Of a stretch of DNA of 64,000 bases, positions 57,444-64,000 are shown in pieces (position 1 is the first letter of the stretch; the number at the start of each line of letters is the position of its first letter). A program made the position numbers and the translations under genes. Under the pieces are notes generated by a model, which searched no databases, had not been told where the DNA came from, and saw only the letters and a program-made list of their open reading frames with translations. The stretch spans positions 2,657-66,656 of IMG/VR virus record IMGVR_UViG_3300025383_000001, one strand, 5' to 3'. The DNA is from a virus.

Positions 57444-58323
57444 CTCAATCAACATCTCATCATCAGCCATGCTAGTCGAACTAAGCATCCGTAGTTGGAC
57501 TGCACGCAAGTTGGACAAGCGTGTTTCTAGCGAAGTAGATACGGCTAAAGGGGCAAAGACCAGAGTGGTAAACGCAAACAAGAACCTACTCGCAGGCACA
57601 GGGGTTCTTGATACCATCATCAAGTATGCCGCCAATGCTCGTGCATGGCACAACGCACAAACTCTGCCGTGGTCTGACAACGGCTCTCGCTTGTTGCCTG
57701 TATCTAACTTTGTAAATTACAAAGAGCAACTCAATGTGCTTGAGCAGAACTACACCGCATTGGTCGGTAAGTTTATCACCGCATACCCAGACCTAGTTAG
57801 TGCGGCTGCGTTTCAGTTGGGCGACTTGTTCGATAGGTCAGAGTATCCCGACGCAAGCAAGATAGCGACGAAGTTTAGTTTCAATTACAGTTTCTTTCCT
57901 GTGCCGACTGCTGGCAGTTTTCTTCCCGACCTAATCGAAGAAGCCAAGCGTGAAGTGCAAGACAGTTGCAGTAAGGCTTACGACGAGCGTCTTAACAATG
58001 CAATGCGTGAAGCGTGGGATAGGTTGCATGATTGTCTTATTCGTATGAGTGAGCGACTAGCACCAGCAACACCAAGACCATTAAAGGATGGGACATTTAC
58101 TGATGTTCCTGTATTCCGTGACAGCCTTGTCGAGAATGCGTTAGAGTTAACAAGCCTCCTAACACATTTTAATCTTACGAACGACCACAATCTTGACCTT
58201 GCCAAGCAAGAGTTGTATCAGGCAATCAAGAACCACGATGCCGACTCGCTACGCAAAAACGCACAGGCTCGTGAAGTAGTCAAGGCAAAGGTAGATGCGA
58301 TTCTTAACAAGTTTAATTTCTAA
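57436..58323 (+). CDS. DUF3150-like protein
   Basis: WTARKLD..TLPW..RLLP..LGDLFDRSEYP pattern; usually accompanies AAA/VWA genes in phages. Confidence 0.6.
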   Translation: MNNSINISSSAMLVELSIRSWTARKLDKRVSSEVDTAKGAKTRVVNANKNLLAGTGVLDTIIKYAANARAWHNAQTLPWSDNGSRLLPVSNFVNYKEQLNVLEQNYTALVGKFITAYPDLVSAAAFQLGDLFDRSEYPDASKIATKFSFNYSFFPVPTAGSFLPDLIEEAKREVQDSCSKAYDERLNNAMREAWDRLHDCLIRMSERLAPATPRPLKDGTFTDVPVFRDSLVENALELTSLLTHFNLTNDHNLDLAKQELYQAIKNHDADSLRKNAQAREVVKAKVDAILNKFNF

Positions 58324-58332
58324 GGGGTAAGT

Positions 58333-59202
58333 ATGATAGCAATAGATAAATCAGTCTTAAAGAAAGAATACCGAGACGCAGAGGTTGACCAAATGCTGGT
58401 TAACTTTGCCGACTTGGTAGGCTTTGCCAAGCCATGTTGCAATTTCGTGTTAGACGATAACTGCGTGGACAGGGAATGGGTAGTCGACGAGCAGAACAAA
58501 AGTCTCAGCAAACACTATATCCGTAGGCTCAGGGTGTTTGAGAACGGCGAGGAGTTGGGCGACATAGGTGTGTCTAGACGCTACACAGGCGGTTCGTCTG
58601 ACATGGTCTACAAGGTTCGAAGTTTTCGTATTGTCAAAGAACGGGGCGACCGCAACGGAGTGACGGCTAAAGATATTAAGGTTGCTCTCCGCCACGCTAA
58701 AAAAGTATTTGTTTCTAGAGAATCAGCAGAACTTATAGCCCAAGTAAAAAATGCAGTAGACAGCCATGTTAATTATCTAGAAAGCCGAACATGCCATCAG
58801 TTGCAATGGACTATGGATAGTATGGCGACTAGTGTAGACCTTGCTTTGCACGCACAAGAAGCTAGGCGAAAGGGGGAGCAAGTAGTTTCCGTTCCTTTGA
58901 GTATGGTCAGGGTTAATAATAAAATAGAAGACCACGATGCGGCTTGCGATAGATACAGAGAAGCTAAGTCTTTGTTAGATGGTATACAAAATGGCAAAGG
59001 CTATGGTGTATTTTGTCGCATTGACAATAGCTTAGTTGTGTATAGCTATTCTACGAACACGGTTAAGCGATACGCTAGCTTTGAAGAATTGCCCGAACCC
59101 ATACAGAGTAAGTATGCAATGTTCAAGGTTCTCGACAAAGAAGAGCCACACGAAACAATCGGATGCAAGTTTGATGAGGGCTACTTTTATGTGGTAGAGT
59201 AG
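58333..59202 (+). CDS. Hypothetical protein
   Basis: 289-aa ORF with AAGGGG RBS. Confidence 0.65.
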   Translation: MIAIDKSVLKKEYRDAEVDQMLVNFADLVGFAKPCCNFVLDDNCVDREWVVDEQNKSLSKHYIRRLRVFENGEELGDIGVSRRYTGGSSDMVYKVRSFRIVKERGDRNGVTAKDIKVALRHAKKVFVSRESAELIAQVKNAVDSHVNYLESRTCHQLQWTMDSMATSVDLALHAQEARRKGEQVVSVPLSMVRVNNKIEDHDAACDRYREAKSLLDGIQNGKGYGVFCRIDNSLVVYSYSTNTVKRYASFEELPEPIQSKYAMFKVLDKEEPHETIGCKFDEGYFYVVE

Positions 59203-59328
59203 TCTCTGACTTCCGTGGGAATTTTTGATTGGGTTTGTAGAACCTAGTATGATGCGAAGCAAGCCACGGCTTATGCCGACAATCTCCCCCTAGCGTAAGT
59301 AGGATACGCAATCTACTTGACCTACACC

Positions 59329-59352
59329 AAGCCACCTTCGGGTGGCTTTTTT
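59329..59352 (+). terminator. Intrinsic terminator ending the early operon
   Basis: AAGCCACC-TTCG-GGTGGCTT-TTTT. Confidence 0.9.
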
Positions 59353-59412
59353 ATTGGGACAAAGTGTCACGATGACACTATGTCTTCGGGTTAACACCTA
59401 CAAAAAAACTTC

Positions 59413-59440
59413 TTGCATTTATCTGGGGAAGGACTATACT
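59413..59440 (+). promoter_or_regulatory. Sigma70-like promoter for the DNA metabolism operon
   Basis: TTGCAT, 16 bp, TATACT with an upstream A-tract. Confidence 0.55.
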
Positions 59441-59469
59441 GTGTCAATAATTATATTAAAGGATGCAGT

Positions 59470-59772
59470 ATGACCCCCGAATCAAAGGTCAAAGCTCAAG
59501 TAGTTAAGCTACTTAAAGAGAATGACATATATTACTTCTTTCCAGCCACGCACGGTTATGGTCGTTCGGGTGTGCCCGATATTGTCTGTTGCTACAATAG
59601 CCAGTTCCTAGCCATAGAATGCAAAGCAGGCAAGGGCAAAACAACTGCACTCCAAGAAAAAGAAATTAAAAAGATTCGTGATGCGGGTGGACATGCCTTT
59701 GTCATCAACGAGACCAACATTCACACACTAGCCTTGTATTTATTGGGGGGACAAGATGACGACCGATGCTAA
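59470..59772 (+). CDS. VRR-NUC domain nuclease (Holliday junction resolvase-like)
   Basis: TPESKVK..GVPDI..AIECKA..TALQ..GG. Confidence 0.88.
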   Translation: MTPESKVKAQVVKLLKENDIYYFFPATHGYGRSGVPDIVCCYNSQFLAIECKAGKGKTTALQEKEIKKIRDAGGHAFVINETNIHTLALYLLGGQDDDRC

Positions 59773-60049
59773 AAGTATGACCAGTTCCAAAGAAATGAAC
59801 AACGGTATTGAAATTATTTTAAAGCGGATGGAAACCCACCCCGAAGAATTTTATGGGGAAAGCAAGAAGTGGGCATTCATGTATAAAGAATATTTCCGTG
59901 ACATTATGACTGAGTCCGAGAAAGCCGCCATTCACGAGAAGCTGAAGGAAATCCGTCGTGCGGAATTAACTTATCAAGTAATGCGGACAATGACAGAAGA
60001 GCCTGAGTATGAATACAAATGGGTGGCTGACACTAGGGTTAAATACTAA
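59756..60049 (+). CDS. Hypothetical protein
   Basis: ILKRMETHPEEF motif; operon packing. Confidence 0.55.
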   Translation: MTTDAKSMTSSKEMNNGIEIILKRMETHPEEFYGESKKWAFMYKEYFRDIMTESEKAAIHEKLKEIRRAELTYQVMRTMTEEPEYEYKWVADTRVKY

Positions 60050-60471
60050 TGAGCCTAGTCAAAGCCTTCGAGCAAGAACTCTACGATAAATACGACGCAC
60101 CAGCAAAGGAAGCGGTTGCTCGCTACCTGATGGACACTTGCGGGTATGAAGTCACTCCCAATAACGACGCCTACGGCATCGACCTTTTGGTCAAAAAAGC
60201 TGGCTCAACGATTGGTGCAGTAGAAGTAGAAGTCCGCCAATGGAGTCCTATTTGTCCGTTCCCAACAATCCACGTGCCTAGCCGTAAGACTAAATTTTTT
60301 GGTGGTAACTCTTTGTTCTTTGCTTTAACAAAAGACATGAAGCACGCATATTGGATTGAGTCTAAAGAAATACTCAAGCATCCAATGAAAGAAGTTCGTA
60401 ATGTAAAAGTCGTAAGTGGTGAATTGTTTTACGATGTGCCGACTAACGAATTTAATTTTGTAGATTTATGA
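60049..60471 (+). CDS. PD-(D/E)XK-like nuclease-fold protein
   Basis: YGIDL..AVEVEVR. Confidence 0.55.
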   Translation: MSLVKAFEQELYDKYDAPAKEAVARYLMDTCGYEVTPNNDAYGIDLLVKKAGSTIGAVEVEVRQWSPICPFPTIHVPSRKTKFFGGNSLFFALTKDMKHAYWIESKEILKHPMKEVRNVKVVSGELFYDVPTNEFNFVDL

Positions 60472-62300
60472 ATATTTTAACAATCGACTTCGAAACTTAT
60501 TACGCTAGGGACTTTAGCTTGACCAAGCTAACTACTGAAGAGTATGTGCGTGATGATCGTTTTGAAGTTATCGGAGTATCAGTAAAGGAGAATGATGATG
60601 AAGTTAGATGGTTTAGCGGTTCTCACAAAGAAATACTGGATTTCCTGCATAGCTACGACTGGAGTAATTCTTTTGCTCTTGCCCATAACGCTATGTTTGA
60701 CTCTGCTATTCTCAGTTGGCGGTTTGGTATTCGCCCAATGGCTTGGCTGGACACGCTTAGCATGGCTCGTGCGACGGATGGTTTGGAGGCTGGAAACAGT
60801 TTGGCTAAACTTGCTGTGCGCTACAACCTCGGACGAAAAGGGACAGAAGTTGTTGAAGCCCTCGGCAAACGACGTCAAGATTTTAGCGTCAATGATCTTA
60901 GCGCATATGGCGGATATTGTAATAATGACGTGGAGTTAACCTACGCTCTTTTTCAAGTCCTATCACAACGCTTTAGCCTCAGTGAACTTAAGCTAATTGA
61001 TGTAACCATCAAGATGTTTGCCGAGCCGACACTATTTTTAGATACTACGTTGCTTGAGCAACACCTCATGCAGGTAAGAGACCGCAAAGAGAAATTGCTT
61101 GCTGCTTGTGTAGCAGATAAAGATACGCTTATGAGCAACCCCAAGCTAGCTGAATTGCTAATTTCACTTGGTGTTGAGCCCCCTATGAAAATAAGTCCAG
61201 CCAATGGAAAGGATACATATGCGTTTGCCAAAAACGACGAAGGATTCAAGGCTCTTGCAGAACACCCCGATGAGCGTGTCCAAGCCGTTGTTGCCGCTCG
61301 TTTGGGCACTAAATCAACGCTTGAGGAAACTCGTACAGAACGATTCATTGCAATTTCCAAACGAGGAAAGATGCCTGTCCCACTTCGCTACTACGCTGCC
61401 CATACAGGAAGATGGGGCGGAGACGATAAATTAAACCTACAAAACTTACCAAGAAAATCTTTGCTGAAGGAGGCAATAATTGCACCTGACGGATACACAC
61501 TCATTGACGCAGACTCTTCTCAGATTGAAGCTCGTATTGTTGCGTGGCTGTCGGGGCAAGACGATTTGGTCAAAGCCTTTGAAAGGAAAGAAGATGTATA
61601 CAAGATCATGGCATCGTCTATCTACAATAAGACGGAGGATGAAATCACGGCGGGAGAAAGGTTCGTGGGTAAGACGACAATCCTCGGTGCGGGGTATGGC
61701 ATGGGTGCTACCAAGTTTGGGATACAACTCAGAACTTTTGGGGTGGAAATCCCTGATGAGGAGGCGGCTAGGATTATCGAGGTCTATAGATCTAGATACC
61801 CTCACATTCCCCGACTTTGGCAGGAAGCTGGTCGTTCCCTTGATGCGCTCAGAGATAAAAAGACTTGTGAAGTTGGGCATCAAGCGCAAGCACTTACCGT
61901 TACGGAGTCAGGTTTTCTACTCCCAAGTGGTCTTTTCCTCAACTACCCCGATCTGCAGCGAGATAACGACAATCAGTTCTCATACGCCAGTAGACGAGGA
62001 CGCATTAAAATCTATGGCGGAAAAGTAGTAGAGAATGTGTGTCAAGCCCTAGCACGATGTGTTATTGGGGAACAAATGCTAAGAATATCAAAGCGTTATA
62101 AGGTAGCCTTAACCGTACACGATGCGGTGATGGCTGTCGTCCCTGAGGATGAATCTAAGTCCGCAATGTTGTATATTGATGAGTGTATGAAATGGAGACC
62201 GAAGTGGGCTCAAGAACTCCCTTTGGCTTGCGAACTTGGTGTAGGTAAATCCTACGGTGATTGCAGTAATAAAAAGGCTATTGAAGAATGGAAGAATTAA
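60468..62300 (+). CDS. polA: DNA polymerase family A with 3'-5' exonuclease
   Basis: DFET and HNAMFD exonuclease motifs; HTGRW, NLQNLP, DSSQIEAR (A), KTTILGAGYG (B), TVHD (C). Confidence 0.93.
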   Translation: MNILTIDFETYYARDFSLTKLTTEEYVRDDRFEVIGVSVKENDDEVRWFSGSHKEILDFLHSYDWSNSFALAHNAMFDSAILSWRFGIRPMAWLDTLSMARATDGLEAGNSLAKLAVRYNLGRKGTEVVEALGKRRQDFSVNDLSAYGGYCNNDVELTYALFQVLSQRFSLSELKLIDVTIKMFAEPTLFLDTTLLEQHLMQVRDRKEKLLAACVADKDTLMSNPKLAELLISLGVEPPMKISPANGKDTYAFAKNDEGFKALAEHPDERVQAVVAARLGTKSTLEETRTERFIAISKRGKMPVPLRYYAAHTGRWGGDDKLNLQNLPRKSLLKEAIIAPDGYTLIDADSSQIEARIVAWLSGQDDLVKAFERKEDVYKIMASSIYNKTEDEITAGERFVGKTTILGAGYGMGATKFGIQLRTFGVEIPDEEAARIIEVYRSRYPHIPRLWQEAGRSLDALRDKKTCEVGHQAQALTVTESGFLLPSGLFLNYPDLQRDNDNQFSYASRRGRIKIYGGKVVENVCQALARCVIGEQMLRISKRYKVALTVHDAVMAVVPEDESKSAMLYIDECMKWRPKWAQELPLACELGVGKSYGDCSNKKAIEEWKN

Positions 62301-62473
62301 AAGTCGAGTATATCCCTATGTATTTAGAAGCGATGAGAGAAATAAAAATGGCACACGATGCGTTGATACGAAACAATTACCAAGCAGCTTATGAGCACTG
62401 CCTAAATGCTCAGACTGAAATGAAGCTAATGAGTGGCGCAGTTAAAAGCTGGTTGCCTACAAACGATGCCTAA
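62288..62473 (+). CDS. Small hypothetical protein
   Basis: Operon packing. Confidence 0.5.
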   Translation: MEELKVEYIPMYLEAMREIKMAHDALIRNNYQAAYEHCLNAQTEMKLMSGAVKSWLPTNDA

Positions 62474-63143
62474 TTTTATTTGGTCATACTCATCGCTTGG
62501 GTTGTTTCAGCAATGCCCTAGAAAATACTACCACTTGCGGGTAGTAAAGGATATTAAAGAACCCGAATCCGAGCACATGTTGTATGGAAAGCTAGTGCAT
62601 GAAGCGGCTGAAAAACACATCAGAGACGGCGTTCCAGTCCCAGCAATGTACTCATTCCTTACTCCAGTATTGGATGTGCTTAAAGCTATACCAGGTGATA
62701 AGCATTGTGAATACAAAATGGGTTTGACCGAAACCTTAGAAGCTTGCGACTTCTTTGACAAAGAAAATGTATGGTTTCGTGGTGTAGCTGACCTATTGAT
62801 AATTAACGGTAAATTGGCACATATTATTGACTACAAGACAGGCAAGTCTGCCCAGTATGCCGATACTAAACAACTAGAACTTATGGCTCTTGCGGTGTTC
62901 AAACACTTTCCTGAGGTAGAAAAAGTTAAGGCTGGGCTAGCGTTTGTAGTAAGCGAGGAATTTGTAAAAGCCAATTACGACAAAGATAAATCTCCCGAAA
63001 TGTGGCTCAACTGGATTCAAGAAACAGACAGATTAAATGCGGCTCATACCAACAAAGTATGGAATCCAAAGCCTAACTTTACTTGTAGAAAATTTTGCCC
63101 AGTAAAGGATTGCGAGCATAACGGAAAAGGACATTACAGATGA
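62466..63143 (+). CDS. Cas4-like PD-(D/E)XK exonuclease
   Basis: WSYS..CPRKY, G..VH, RGVAD..IDYKTG, QL; C-terminal CRKFCPVKDC Fe-S cysteines. Confidence 0.85.
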   Translation: MPNFIWSYSSLGLFQQCPRKYYHLRVVKDIKEPESEHMLYGKLVHEAAEKHIRDGVPVPAMYSFLTPVLDVLKAIPGDKHCEYKMGLTETLEACDFFDKENVWFRGVADLLIINGKLAHIIDYKTGKSAQYADTKQLELMALAVFKHFPEVEKVKAGLAFVVSEEFVKANYDKDKSPEMWLNWIQETDRLNAAHTNKVWNPKPNFTCRKFCPVKDCEHNGKGHYR

Positions 63144-63325
63144 ACGAAGAAGATTTAAGGGATTGCTTTGCGATGTTTGCGATGCTTGGTTTTATGAGCA
63201 GAGGAAGCGTTTGGGAATATAAGGAAGCATGGGAAGTAGCAGACGGAATGTTAGAAGCACGCAATAAAGAAGAACCTGAAGTTGGTATTGTTGCAGTTAA
63301 AAAGAGGAGAACGAAAAATGATTAA
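63140..63325 (+). CDS. Small conserved phage protein
   Basis: LRDCFA..AM..ADGMLEAR motif. Confidence 0.65.
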   Translation: MNEEDLRDCFAMFAMLGFMSRGSVWEYKEAWEVADGMLEARNKEEPEVGIVAVKKRRTKND

Positions 63326-63467
63326 GTGGATTATCGGTTTTGCTTTGGCGGTCTTGGTCTTGGGTTTAGCCCTTGATGTATTTGCCTGCACCATCTATAC
63401 GATTGTTCAGCCTGACGGCACTATAAAGAACTGTACTGTATGCGACACGATCGTGAACTGCTCATAG
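63318..63467 (+). CDS. Small secreted/membrane Cys-containing peptide
   Basis: GAGGAG RBS; signal-like hydrophobic N-terminus; CT..CTVC..C. Confidence 0.55.
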   Translation: MIKWIIGFALAVLVLGLALDVFACTIYTIVQPDGTIKNCTVCDTIVNCS

Positions 63468-63676
63468 AAATAATCGACGAGACGCTTCGCCGACTACCTA
63501 AAAACACAGAACGAAAGATAGCTAACTATGAACTGTGGAATTCGGTACCAAATTTTCGACGAGCAAAACGAGTTGATGCGTATTGTTTCGAGAAAAGAAG
63601 AAGCGATCGCAGCCGTCGCTCTAAGGATTGGTTGGACTTACAAGCGAGTAATTATGAAAAGCAAAAACGAATTTAA
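63440..63676 (+). CDS. Small basic hypothetical protein
   Basis: ORF track; operon packing. Confidence 0.4.
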   Translation: MRHDRELLIEIIDETLRRLPKNTERKIANYELWNSVPNFRRAKRVDAYCFEKRRSDRSRRSKDWLDLQASNYEKQKRI

Positions 63677-64000
63677 ATTTGAAGAGGCGCTATTTTGAAA
63701 CTGTGCGTAGTTAACTTTTGGGAAGGAGCATTTGATGGAGACTTTTTTGATTTCTTTTTTCGTGCTTGCTTTCCTGACCTTAGTTATACTGATAACCCAT
63801 ACGATGCTGACCTTGTTGTTACCTCAGTATTTGGAAACACCTCTACCGACCCTCGTAAGACGCTTGCGTACATCGGAGAAAATATCAGACCTAATTTTGT
63901 TCATTACAGTCATTCTTTGGGGTTTGACTGGGATAGCTATGGCGGTAGGAATCATCGCTTGCCACTTTGGTATGCTCGCCTAGCATGGGATGGCTTTGAG

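Larger units (their letters stand above)
49379..59384. repeat. Ten dispersed copies of a 27-bp palindrome GACAnAGTGKCA-N3-TGMCACTwwGTC
   Basis: Copies start at 49379, 49859, 50583, 50789, 50977, 52790, 54490, 55650, 57389 and 59358. Confidence 0.95.

Noticed and set aside
49379-59384. CRISPR array interpretation of the 27-bp palindromic repeats, given a Cas4-like gene nearby
   Set aside because: Spacing is 188-1969 bp with whole genes between copies; there is no cas1/cas2; standalone Cas4-like nucleases are common phage replication genes
49379-59384. Integron attC sites or tyrosine-recombinase sites
   Set aside because: No RYYYAAC/GTTRRRY ends, a 3-bp spacer rather than 6-8 bp, and no recombinase in the window; cassette exchange by homologous recombination remains open
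49379-59384. N4-type hairpin promoters for a virion RNA polymerase
   Set aside because: Loop sequence is not conserved, the giant protein shows no RNAP motifs, and consensus sigma70 promoters are present
63732-63983. ORF 63732-63983 as a membrane protein
   Set aside because: An RBS-like AAGGAG precedes it, but it lies at the window edge and may be the shadow of a minus-strand frame; not enough support to call
1-64000. Stop-codon reassignment or intron/intein interruptions
   Set aside because: Core genes (terL, portal, MCP, polA, primase) are intact and of normal length in the standard code, and TAA, TAG and TGA all end genes

Overview
This window is most of the genome of a tailed dsDNA bacteriophage with a podovirus-like gene set, about 42% GC. 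The embedded Rz/Rz1 spanins show a Gram-negative host; a freshwater betaproteobacterium is plausible but is inference. Layout: (1) 1-9.2 kb, + strand: radical SAM/SPASM protein, two glycosyltransferases, SNF2 helicase, putative SSB, HTH protein and primase-helicase. (2) 9.2-47.9 kb, - strand, virion/lysis arm: terminase, portal, GroES, scaffold, major capsid, adaptors, Gly-rich fibres, holin/spanins/GH19 endolysin, ejection proteins and a 2074-aa giant protein. A GNAT-HNH cassette is inserted into this arm on the opposite strand. (3) 48.2-64 kb, + strand, early/middle arm: many small ORFs, an AAA+/VWA-metallopeptidase module, VRR-NUC, DNA polymerase A and a Cas4-like exonuclease. The most unusual signals are non-coding and cluster at the early/late junction. 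Ten copies of a 27-bp palindrome (GACAnAGTGKCA-N3-TGMCACTwwGTC) sit at gene boundaries between 49.4 and 59.4 kb. A 1.15-kb island carries 20 CCWGG sites and abuts a ~15-kb region in which I found almost no CCGG, GGCC, GATC or CCWGG. A TGTTC/GAACA inverted array with an IHF site lies at that boundary, flanked by two paralogous genes. A 40-aa phasin-like mini-gene has a PhaR-type operator over its predicted transcription start. All motif counts were made by eye and need computational confirmation.
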